The notes under the pieces were generated by a model. It saw nothing but the letters and a program-made list of their open reading frames with translations. It ran no database searches and was not told the origin of the DNA. The translations under genes were made by a program, and so were the position numbers. Positions 1 to 12,985 of a DNA stretch of 41,049 nucleotides are shown here, piece by piece (position 1 is the first letter of the stretch; each line of letters begins with the position of its first letter). The DNA is from Eledone cirrhosa (taxonomy: Eukaryota): contig CAXHJY010001408.1 of assembly GCA_964016885.1 (NCBI GenBank), positions 1 to 41,049 of the forward strand, written 5' to 3'.

Positions 1-121
1 CTACCCCGTAAGGATGAAAGGCAAAGTTAACCTCGGCGGGATTTGAACTCAGAACGTAAAGGGCCATAACTATGCTGCAAAGCTTGATGTCTGACACTCT
101 ACCGATACTGCCAATCCACCA
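1..121 (-). mobile_element. tRNA-derived SINE family A (Nin/Deu-like central domain), cut by window edge
   Basis: Reverse complement of the copy at 2176-2362; B box GAGTTCAAATCCC followed by GCCTTTCATCCTTACGGGG. Confidence 0.85.
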
Positions 122-845
122 CCAGTCGACTTTAACTAATACGACACGAACCTAATTATGTACATATTTTGGTATCGATCACCTTCGAGATCTCAGTCGC
201 CATTGACCACCGTATAGCTGCTGACCTCCTCCGTAAAATTTGGAATGACAGCAGCCCGTCTGAGGAAGGAGCCCTGCGAGGTGTAGTGGCTATTGTAGCG
301 AGTTTACCTGGCCATTGCCCACGGCAATGGCTTTGCCATTTTCTCCGCAGGACACAGCCGAAACACCGCTCTAAGCTCTAAGTGTAGAGTCTGTCAACCC
401 TCCCCTCCCCTCTCTTTCTTCCCTTGCCTAATAGTTCTTTCCCTCCTTTTCCTCTCATTTATGGCAATTATAATCCTTTCCAATGCCGTTTTATTTATTT
501 CTGTATGTTTGACTAAACATTAAATTCTTTATCATTTTTATGTAATTTTAAAAGCTATAGCTTTGCATGCTAATTACCAAAATCACACATTTAATTATTA
601 ATGTAGTTACATGATGAATGTGCGAAATTTCGTTCAAAAACAGATATTTCATAAACTTGAGTGTAGTTTCAAAATGCCCTAAAAACCCTGTATGACATCC
701 CTACGTTTCCGTCAAGAGATACAGGACCATGGATACGTATCATCTAAATAACCACAAGGAGATACAGAATTGGGGAGCGTGTCTTCTCTATCACTTATAA
801 TAGTATTCGGGAATATATATATATATATAAAGGATAAAGGATAAA

Positions 846-1201
<356 letters not shown>

Positions 1202-1271
1202 ATATTAATATTATCCAATTACCAGTATGAGATTAGCTCGATGTAAAATAAATATAATACAGAGCCGAAAT

Positions 1272-1475
1272 ACTTTATAAATAACAATCAAAGTGTATTT
1301 AATAACATTTAATTACTAACCTTCGTTTCATATAATCATAAAGAATGTTCTTTAACAAAGTTATATGTGTTCTAGCTTTTAATTTATACTCCGATGACCC
1401 CGCCCTTGTGCTTGGATGAAACGATCGTTAGTAATTAAACGTTATTAAACACGCCTTGGTTGTTATTTATAAAGT
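1272..1475. repeat. Fold-back element with ~60-bp imperfect inverted arms (1272-1331 / 1416-1475)
   Basis: ACTTTATAAATAACAATCAAAG...CTTCGTTTCAT is the reverse complement of ATGAAACGATCG...TTATTTATAAAGT, with several mismatches. Confidence 0.85.
1387..1433 (+). ncRNA. Minimal type-I hammerhead-like motif (U4C variant, weak stem II)
   Basis: TACT-CCGATGA-(20 nt)-GAAAC-GATC-GTT-AGTA: stem I TACT/AGTA, palindromic stem/loop III ACGATCGT. Confidence 0.55.
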
Positions 1476-1488
1476 GTATATATATATA

Positions 1489-1695
1489 TTGTTATACTTA
1501 GGGAGGCCCATGCTGCCTATAAAGACACATACACCTTGGTTTTCACTTCAATTTGTTATACATTTCCGGTTTGCTGGTTGGTTCGATAACCGGATGGTTG
1601 TTTATATATTGTCAAAGTTCTTACGTCACGCATTCTGTGACCTCAGTGACTGGGTTTTTATTTTGTCTCTCCTTTGTTCTGTCCTAAACTATCTC

Positions 1696-1698
<3 letters not shown>
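1489..1698 (-). mobile_element. (TA)n-embedded repeat family C with decayed hammerhead (1611-1650)
   Basis: Homologous to 10930-11128; minus strand GTCA-CTGA-GGTCACAGAATGCGTGAC-GTAA-GAACTT-TGAC. Confidence 0.75.
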
Positions 1699-1752
<54 letters not shown>

Positions 1753-1808
1753 AGTTATTCCGGGTTGAATCGGAGGTAACCACAGTAAGTAAGGTACTCA
1801 ATACTCCG

Positions 1809-2076
1809 TTCATTGCCAGAGAACGTCTCTATGTACCACCCAAGAGAACATTAGTCTACGACTTCTTTTATACCATAAACGTGGTTCTGTCTTTGTGCGT
1901 AATTGTTTTTCACCGCTCCTATTAATGACGTATTATTCGTTTTTTCCCGTTCTTTGCCAGGGAACGTTTCCACGAACCAAAGTATCGTCTTCCTGTCTTC
2001 CTCCGGTTGCAACGTTTTTTGAAATATCCACTTCTGCGTTTACAGATTGACTTTGTTAGTTTCAGAAGATCCCGTT
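1809..2076 (+). mobile_element. Repeat family D, truncated copy
   Basis: ~270 bp nearly identical to 5368-5635; ends inside the hammerhead-like motif at a (TA)n tract. Confidence 0.9.
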
Positions 2077-2175
2077 ATATATATATATATAAACTGCTTA
2101 TATTCGCCCCGCTTATACATTCTGCATATTAATTCTTCTCAAATATTAACTCCAGTTTATTATTTAATATTGCAA

Positions 2176-2362
2176 GGCGGTGGATTGGCAGTATTGGTAG
2201 AGTGTCGGACGCCATCCTTTGGCGCATAGAGTTACGGCCCTTGCCATTCTGAGTTCAAATCCCGCCGAGGTTAACTTTGCCTTTCATCCTTACGGGGTCG
2301 ATAAAATAAAGTACCAGTAATACACTGGGTAATTGCTGGCCTTGTGCCTAACGTAGAAACAA
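2176..2362 (+). mobile_element. SINE family A, full length, 17-bp TSD
   Basis: A-box-like TGGCAGTATTGG, B box GAGTTCAAATCCC (2251); flanked by ATTATTTAATATTGCAA at 2159-2175 and 2362-2378. Confidence 0.92.
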
Positions 2363-2469
2363 TTATTTAATATTGCAACTTTAAGTATTGAGCATGCTTC
2401 GGTTTGTTTAAGAAATCTAACACAATATATCCTGATATATTCTCTTCTGAATTTAGGATTCATTACTTC

Positions 2470-2509
<40 letters not shown>

Positions 2510-2518
2510 GTTATATAT

Positions 2519-2550
<32 letters not shown>

Positions 2551-2607
2551 CACATTTTATTAAGGCTGAATAGTGAGACTCACTGTTCAGCCATAAAAAA
2601 TAAAATG

Positions 2608-2641
<34 letters not shown>

Positions 2642-3486
2642 GAGGCTAACAGAGAGAGTGACTGTTAGAGAGGGTAAAGATACAGAGAAAGAGGAAGCAG
2701 TAAGAACGAAATAGACGGGTCACAGCGGGGGAAAATATATGTGTGAATATGAGAACAAACGTGCTGCGTGGTTGCAAATGGGTTACAGATGAATAAAGTT
2801 AGTCCTTCATCAGTGATCTTCCAAACAAATTCATCGCCGTCATATATATATCTATGTACACCCCCCCCCCCCCCCCCACACACATATATATGCTAATACA
2901 ATGCTCCTTAATTGCTTGCAGAGCCATCTTCTAGTATATACATCATCTTATTAGTGTGTTCATAACATCACTTTTCAACAGACGATCAAAGATCACGTCA
3001 CTTGCCAATCAAGTAAAATACAGTGGTATAACTCCGCAATATAAATATACGCATTGTAGTGTATATAGTGTGTTGTGTCGTATAGATCCCGCTAATCAAC
3101 ACACCATCTCAGCGTCTGCTATAGCTGTAGGAACATCGGCAATCAGTTATTTAACCGAAGACTTAACCTTATAGGCTTTTTTAGCAGCTCTGAATGCCTC
3201 GAGTGAAGCTATTGCAAGAATATTTTAATTCTTCTTATATTCAAACTATTGCCTTCAGCACAATTGCAAAAGTTCTTGACTTCTGAGATTCGTAAGAAAC
3301 TTCAGGCAGAAGATTAGCCATTAGGTTGATATGAAGGTCTTTATAACCATTTATGCGTCTTCCCAAAAGACGTGATGTTCCACTCTTTGTAAAACTTTTC
3401 AATTCTGTTTATATACATGTATATATAACAGAACTTTTACAAACATATATTTACATACACATATATATGTGTGTGTGTATTTATAA

Positions 3487-3570
<84 letters not shown>

Positions 3571-3573
<3 letters not shown>

Positions 3574-3676
3574 AACCAGTAAGACCCCGACAGCTGAGCT
3601 CAAGCCGTTTCGACGGCTAATTCTGGACTAATTAGGTGCGTTATGGTCCACCTGGTTCCTTACCACATTTCCTTCG

Positions 3677-3679
<3 letters not shown>
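3571..3679 (-). mobile_element. (TA)n-embedded repeat family E, rearranged fragment with the 3' half of a hammerhead
   Basis: Shares GGTGCGTTATGGTCCACCTGGTTCCTTACCACATTTCCTTCGTTAT with ~9386-9431; minus strand has GAAAC-GGC-TTGAGCTCA-GCT-GTC but no CUGANGA. Confidence 0.7.
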
Positions 3680-3721
<42 letters not shown>

Positions 3722-3772
3722 TATGTATGTATACGTACATACATATATGTATACAGACGTACAGTAGCATGC

Positions 3773-3820
<48 letters not shown>

Positions 3821-3960
3821 GCATGCTACTGTACGTCTGTATACATATATGTATGTACGTATACATACATACTTACATTTAAGTAAGTGCCATACTAAGA
3901 GTGAGAAATGAAATTTCGTTTTCATTTTTTTCAACTTATATATATATATATATATATATA

Positions 3961-4136
3961 AGAAAGTGAGGTGTCCTACACGAGTGAAAGTATAAAGAAA
4001 AAGAGATGAAATCGAAAATGCAACTGGAGTCTTATTTTTTTTAAAATATATATATGTTTATTTGGTTCCTTTACCGGTTTTGCAGTTCTTCTGCTTTTCA
4101 AAAGGTGAGTTGAGATGGAGGATCTGTAGTTTTTCT

Positions 4137-4219
<83 letters not shown>

Positions 4220-4441
4220 GTGAGGTTTTTTTTACAAAATGAAAAATAACCGAGGTGTCCTACACGAGTGAAAGTATAAAGAAAAAGAGATGAAATCGAA
4301 AATGCAACTGGAGTCTTATTTTTAAAAAAAATATATATATTTATTTGGTTCCTTTACCGGTTTCGCAGTTCTTCTGCTTTTCAAAAGGTGAGTTGAGATG
4401 GAGGGTCTGTAGTTTTTCTCACATCTGTGGTTTTTCTCACA
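3961..4441 (-). mobile_element. Repeat family F, two tandem ~180-230 bp copies separated by (TA)n
   Basis: 3961-4140 closely matches 4215-4441. Confidence 0.9.
4351..4388 (-). ncRNA. Minimal type-I hammerhead ribozyme with U3-A8 covariation
   Basis: Minus strand CCTT-TTGAAAA-GCAG-AAGAA-CTGC-GAAAC-CG-GTA-AAGG: stems I and II perfect, palindromic ACCGGT stem III, GUA triplet. Confidence 0.72.
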
Positions 4442-4457
4442 ATATATATATATATAT

Positions 4458-4619
4458 ATATTTATTAAAATAACAGATTAAAGTTTAAGCAAAGAATCGC
4501 TGCTTTCACCCTTAACGGGATCTTCTGAAACTAACCAGTTTGTTAGTTTCAGGAGATCCCGTTAAGGGTGAAAGCAGCGATTCTTTGCTTAAACTTTAAT
4601 CTGTTATTTTAATAAATAT
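4458..4619. repeat. Near-perfect hairpin (78-bp arms, 6-nt loop) of the family D 3' portion
   Basis: 4458-4535 is the reverse complement of 4542-4619 with one mismatch; loop CAGTTT. Confidence 0.95.
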
Positions 4620-4717
4620 TTGCTCTACGGTTCTTATATATTTGATATATATTTATCCTTATCGAGCCCTCTTTGGATTTTATTCTTCAAATTTATTATT
4701 ATTACTATATATATATA

Positions 4718-4856
4718 GTATATGGAAGTATATGGAAGGAATATGGAAGTATATGGAAGGGTACAGTGTATGGAAGGAATATATTAAGTTAACGCTTGAA
4801 ATAGCAGGAAGAGGATCTTAACGCTAGTCCTTCGTCAGAAGAAAGAATGATAAATA

Positions 4857-4908
<52 letters not shown>

Positions 4909-4940
4909 TGGTCCTTCGTCGGAAGAAAGAATGATAAATA

Positions 4941-4978
<38 letters not shown>

Positions 4979-5012
4979 TGGTCCTTCGTCGGAAGAAAGA
5001 ATGATAAATAAG

Positions 5013-5013
<1 letters not shown>
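4718..5013 (-). mobile_element. Repeat family G: one internally deleted copy plus two ~38-bp fragments in (TA)n
   Basis: Reverse complement of parts of 35505-35615; fragments TGCTGGTCCTTCGTCGGAAGAAAGAATGATAAATAAGAT at ~4906 and ~4976. Confidence 0.85.
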
Positions 5014-5073
<60 letters not shown>

Positions 5074-5080
5074 AATATAT

Positions 5081-5203
<123 letters not shown>

Positions 5204-5272
5204 TGTATATATTTATATATATATATATATATATGCATGTATATATTTATATATATATATATATATATATGC

Positions 5273-5309
<37 letters not shown>

Positions 5310-5310
5310 T

Positions 5311-6021
<711 letters not shown>

Positions 6022-6268
6022 TGTATATATATAGGATATGCTTTCGCATATATATGCCTAATATATTCCACTGGCAGAATACAAAGTATCTGTGAAACTG
6101 TAGAGGTCATCTGCCTGATGAGGCTTATATCTGTGTCTGATTATCACGGGGGGGGGGGGGACATTATGTTGGCTTGACCATTAAACTATTATATAAATCT
6201 TTGGACCCATATAAGTAAAGATACAGGAACTGGTAGACTGAGGTCACACATACAGACGGAGACACACA

Positions 6269-6372
6269 GACGGAGACACACAGAGGCATACACAGACGGA
6301 GACACACAGAGGCATACACAGACGGAGACACACAGAGGCATACACAGACGGAGACACACAGAGGCATACACA
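6269..6372. repeat. 26-bp minisatellite, 4 copies
   Basis: GACGGAGACACACAGAGGCATACACA at 6269, 6295, 6321 and 6347. Confidence 0.95.
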
Positions 6373-7104
6373 AGGACACACCCACAGGCAGACACAGGCT
6401 CACACACTGTGATCGTAGAGCGAATTTTTTCAATCACACACCCATGCTTGTGCTTGCAATATTGCTCTGAAATCTACTAAAATATCGTGTTTATCGTATT
6501 TAACTACAAGGTTATCGAATCGATTGACAGCGTTAACAGCAGATCGAAAACAAACCCGATCAAGCTGTTATAAAAAATATTCGTTTAGCTTACTTTTATA
6601 ACTATCATATGAATTCACAGAACAAACTGTAAAAAAAAAAAATATTTTTGTATGGATTCTATTTACTTTGTAACGTAAGCTGAATCAGTATGTATGTGAG
6701 CACACTCACGATCTGGCTACATTTCGAGAATATGATCTCAATACACATAAACATTATATACCGTATTTTTCTGCATATAAAATGTCTGGACTCATCCTAC
6801 TTGTCGTAGTTAGCAAAGCAAAGGTTAGCGGTTAACCGTTAGTCTACACCGCCAACGAGAAGCCATGCTAATGACTGTATAGAAATTAATCCTTTCCTTA
6901 TCATATTTCTAATCATATTAAATATTTGCCCAAGATATGACTAACTTAATAACACCGCCCGACTATATTTTTCAAATAATCAGGATTTTGGAGAAATTTA
7001 GTAATATGATTAATTTTTCATTATCAATTTGCAGCTTGGAACATAACTTAACAAAGGTTTTTACATAACATTATGATGGAAGGTTTTAAGATAATTCAAA
7101 AGGT

Positions 7105-7770
7105 CAGCTCTGTCACATTCTGTGTCACGATGAATCAGCCTGAGAGTTATCTTAATGGTGTACGTGACCTAGTGGTTAGGCTCTTGGATGTACGATCATA
7201 CCGTTGAAGGTTCGATTACTGGACCGGGTTGTGTATTGGGTTCTTGAGCAGAATATTTCATTTCACATTGCTCCAGTATACTCAGTTGAAAATGAGCAGC
7301 AATAGTAGCTGTAGTTTTAACCCTGTGAAAGACTGGCGTCCTGCCCAGGTGTTGTCTTGTATTCTCAGGCGCTTCACACTAATAAAACCGGTGAACCTCC
7401 GAGATAGGTTTTTAGTTCGTGTCTTTGGAATACTCAGCCGCTGACACTATGCTACAGTATGGAATGTACTTGAAAATTCAAAGTATCGCCCTTGTCACCT
7501 ACTGTGTCGCGCTGAACTCCCTATAATTATCTTAAGTGTACACGTGTCTGTGGAATACTGAGAAGTTTACACTCTAATACAAGATGGGTTGTAGCAATTT
7601 CTCAAACGGCCAGCCTTGTCATACATTAACACGCGGAGTCTCCCTGAGAACTATGTTAAAGATACACATGCCTGTGGAATGGTTAGCAGCTACCACGCTG
7701 ACCTCTGTAGGAGGATGATTCGTTGATCTTACAGCTGGAACACTCATCGTCGCATTCGGTGGAAGTCCAT
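7105..7770 (+). mobile_element. Old composite SINE cluster (family-B-like head plus three diverged tail modules)
   Basis: TGACCTAGTGGTTAG and GGTTCGATTAC boxes at ~7167-7220; diverged TGTCAC...CCTGAGA...TACACGTG modules at ~7110, ~7490 and ~7615. Confidence 0.65.
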
Positions 7771-8078
7771 TTCTTCTTTCTAAACATTCAAACATTTCTA
7801 TATACACAAATTCACGCATTTGTATATACACACTCACGTTTCTAAATACATACAATTTACACTTTTGTATATAGCAAAATATACAAGTTTTACATATTTT
7901 TATATACATACATACTCATATTTCTACTTCTATATACATTCCTATACACATTTCTAAATATTTCTATATACACACATACATTTAGTATTTTTATATGCAC
8001 ACACACACACACATATATATATCTATATCTATGTGTGTGTGTCTGTGTGTGTATGCGTGTATGTATATATATATATGC

Positions 8079-8702
<624 letters not shown>

Positions 8703-8800
8703 ATTTCTCTGCAAACACTTATCGATTCCCCGTTCTAAAATACCCGCATGTTCACGTACCCCTATAATTTTATCCTATTACTGAAAATTGATATAGTATA

Positions 8801-8814
8801 GTATCCATGGCAAC
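8801..8814. promoter_or_regulatory. Candidate RFX X-box
   Basis: GTATCCATGGCAAC matches GTHNYYATRRNAAC; no linked gene identified. Confidence 0.25.
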
Positions 8815-8969
8815 AAACTGCACAAATTTGCGAACGATAATTTATCGTATAACAGGAAAGAAAGTTAAGTATAGTTAACACCGTGTCGTCGAAATCCGTC
8901 ATGTTTTCTTCATCAGTTTTAATGTTATCATTTTAAGATATTCCCAGCAGATTCTAGATTGTTTCGGAT

Positions 8970-9311
<342 letters not shown>

Positions 9312-9324
9312 TATATATATATAT

Positions 9325-9427
9325 ATAGGAACCAGTCTTACTGGTTCCTATTACCCACTCTACTACCTCAAGTATTGAGTACTTTGGTGCGTTATGGTCC
9401 ACCTGGTTCCTTACCACATTTCCTTCG

Positions 9428-9431
<4 letters not shown>
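9325..9431 (-). mobile_element. Repeat family E fragment ending in a perfect hairpin
   Basis: ATAGGAACCAGT-CTT-ACTGGTTCCTAT hairpin; shares sequence with 3571-3679. Confidence 0.8.
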
Positions 9432-9467
<36 letters not shown>

Positions 9468-9597
9468 ATATATAAATAAATATATATATGTATGTACGTA
9501 CGTATGTAAATACATACGTATGTACATATATATATGTACGTATATATATACACACATATATATACATATATGCATACATATATATATATGCATATAT

Positions 9598-9704
<107 letters not shown>

Positions 9705-9946
9705 CATAAACTTATATATCTGCATATATATATGTATATATATGCATACACGCACACACACATATATGGATATATACATGTATATATATATATGTATATA
9801 TATTATATATATATACATACATGTATAATATTTAAAATCCACAAATCATAATTATAATTTTTATTCATGGTTTTCTTATCGCCATCACGATTGAAGCGAA
9901 TCTAAAACATTTATAAATGTTTTACCATAGCTGTTTAGTTTTTATC

Positions 9947-10749
9947 GCCACCATCATCATCATCATCATCATTATCAGCATCTCCATCATCATCACCATC
10001 ATCATCACTACCATCACTATCATCTTCACCACCACCACCACCACCACCACCAACACCAACACCACCATTATCACTACCACCACCATCAACACCACCAATA
10101 CCACCACCACCACCACCATCACCACCACCACCACCACCACCACCAACACCAACACCACCACCACCATTATCACTACCACCACCATCAACACCACCAATAC
10201 CACCACCACCACCACCACCACCACCACCACCACCATCACCACTACCACCATCACCACCACCAATACCACCGCCACAGTCACCACCACTACTACCATCAAC
10301 CCCAAACCACTACCACCACCACCACCGCCACCACCGCTACGACCACTACCACCACCACCACCATCACAATCACCATCACCACCACCACCGCCGCCACCAC
10401 CGCTACCACAACCACCGCTACCACCACCGCTATCACCACCACCATCATCATCACTACCACCACCATCAACACCACCAATACCACTACCACCACCACCACC
10501 ACCATCACCACCATCATCACTACCACTACCATCACCACCACCACCACCACCACCAATACCACCACCACAGCCACCATCAACCCCAAACCACCATCGCCAC
10601 CATCACCACCACCGCCACCACCGCTACGACCACTACCACCACCACCACCACCACCACAATCACCACCACCACCGCTACCACCACCACCGCTACCACCACC
10701 ACCGCTACCACTACCACCACCACCACCACCACAACAACAACAACCACCA
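9947..10749. repeat. Degenerate (CAT)n/(CAC)n trinucleotide array
   Basis: Directly visible; source of the poly-T/P/H/V ORFs. Confidence 0.97.
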
Positions 10750-10875
10750 TTAGTGTCAAATTAAAACAAATAATTATATTTATAATAATTTTTTTAATTA
10801 ATTCTTTTTAGTCTTCAACAATTTGAAATATTTCTCGAACTGGAAACGTTATTTTTATAACCTATTATCTTTCCG

Positions 10876-10926
<51 letters not shown>

Positions 10927-10934
<8 letters not shown>

Positions 10935-11239
10935 ATACTTTAGAAGAGTCATGTTGCCAATAAGAAACACACGCCCCAGATGCTTTCACTTCAATTTATT
11001 ATAATAAATTTATAAATTTAGGAATTTATAAATTTCCGGTTGGTTTGTTGGTTGGTTCCACAACCAGATGGTTGTTTATATATTGTCAAAGTTCTTTCGT
11101 CACACATTCTGTGACCTTTTCAGTGACCGGAAATTTATAAATTCCTAAATTTATAAACTTATTATAATAAATTGAAGTGAAAGCAACTGGTGCGTGTGTT
11201 TCTTATTGGCAACATGATCCTCCCAAAGTATAACAATAT
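10927..11239. mobile_element. Family C fold-back element: ~114-bp inverted arms around a hammerhead-like spacer
   Basis: 10927-11040 is the reverse complement of 11126-11239; minus strand 11085-11127 reads GTCA-CTGAAAA-G-GTCACA-GAATG-TGTGAC-GAAA-GAAC-TT-TGAC. Confidence 0.85.
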
Positions 11240-11292
11240 CGGTTTCAACACACGTTTTCAGATAAAGAATGTTGCTAAACAAATTCAGAAAC

Positions 11293-11295
<3 letters not shown>

Positions 11296-11333
<38 letters not shown>

Positions 11334-12348
11334 GGGTATATATGTATATATCTGTATATGTGTATATATATGTATATATGGGTATATATGTGTATGAGTA
11401 TATGTGTATATATGTATATATGTATATAGGTATATGGGTATATATATGTATATATATGTATATAGGTAAATGGGTATATATGTATATATATGTATATATA
11501 TATGTATATATGTAAATAGGTAAATGGGTATATATGTGTATGGGTATATGGCTATGTATGTATGTGTATATATGTATATGTGTATATATGTATATATGTA
11601 TATGGCTATATGGGTATTTGATTGTGTTGGGGTGTTGTATGTATGTATGTAAGTGTATGTGAGTATGTATGCGTATGTGAGTATGTAAGTGTATGTGAAT
11701 GTGTTTCTGTGTATATATGTGTCTGTAAGTACCTACGTCATTAGTGTTTCTGTACGTATATATGTGTATATATCTGCGTGTGTATGTGTATGTGAGTTAG
11801 TGGTGGAGGTGTTGAATGTGTGTGTGTGAATGAGATGTGTGTTTGTGTACGTGAAGAGGGTGTTGTATATGTATGTATGTGTATAGATTGTGTGTTTCTT
11901 ATGTGTATATATGTACGTAGGTGTATGATGAATATGTTTGTGTGTTTCTGTGTATATGCCTGTGTATATATACATGCCATTGTTGTATGTATGTATTTGT
12001 GTGTGCAATTCTATGTATATGTACTTTTTTATATGTATTTGCGAGTTGTGTGTGTGTGTGTTTATTTGTTCGTATATTTGTTTGTGTTTTGTATATGTGT
12101 ATGTATGTGTTGCGGATGTGTATGTGATTGTGTGTTTTGTATGTGTGTGCATGTGTTGCGGATGTGTGTATATATATATGTGTGTGTGTGTGTTATTTCC
12201 TGTAGATGCATGTATGGATGAATTTGCGAGTTTTGTGTGTGTATGTGTGTTTATTTCTGTGTGTATTTAGTAAGTGTGTTTATATGTGTGTGTATTTATG
12301 TGATTGTATATTCTGTGTGTGTGTGTGTGGTGAATGTGTGTGTGTGTG

Positions 12349-12380
<32 letters not shown>
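11296..12380. repeat. Degenerate (TATG)/(TG)n low-complexity tract ending in (GA)n
   Basis: Directly visible. Confidence 0.93.
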
Positions 12381-12384
<4 letters not shown>

Positions 12385-12786
12385 GAAAGATATCGTTAGT
12401 AAATAAGAAAGGAGTTTTGCATTTAAAACTTTTGTATAGCTAAAATGGCTGCCAGGAAATGTGAATGAAAAAAAACAAGTGAACGCTATATGGCTTTTTT
12501 AAACGGATCTTCTCGTTGGTTAAGATGCCTCTACAGATACTATGTAGCTGTAAATATATTTAGTCTAATCAGTGGCGTATCTTCCTCCAAATTAAACTAA
12601 GAACATGGCTGAGGGTGACGAAGCACTCAGGGACAGCTTCTGCTAGAATAATTAATAGTAAAGTGACAGCTAATATAGTTGAAGTGAGTCAATATTTTAG
12701 ATAAGAAATAATACAATTTTGTTATAATGTCTGAATCCTTAATTCTGACGAGGAAACGTAGCGGAGAAACCTCCAGAATCTTAATT

Positions 12787-12978
12787 AGCGTATATACTCG
12801 AATATAAGTCGACCCTATTTTATGTCTAAGAAATTGGCAAGATTTGAGACCCTGTTTAAAAACCTGATGCAGCTAATCAATACATCATGATTAAATGGCG
12901 TATATAAGACGAACTACCCCCACATTTTACCATCGATTTTTAGTCACATATTGTTAGGCTTATTTTGGAGTATACGCT
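12787..12978. mobile_element. Decayed pogo/Tigger-type (Tc1/mariner) MITE
   Basis: Imperfect TIRs AGCGTATATACTCGAATATAAGTC / GGCTTATTTTGGAGTATACGCT; internal CGTATATAAGACGA motif. Confidence 0.55.
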
Positions 12979-12985
12979 GTACTCA

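Noticed and set aside
9917-10753. Thr/Pro/His-rich extensin- or mucin-like ORF
   Set aside because: Translation of a (CAC)n array, open in several frames on both strands.
12745-12782. Hammerhead at CTGACGAG...GAAAC
   Set aside because: Core words are present, but stems II and III cannot be paired convincingly.
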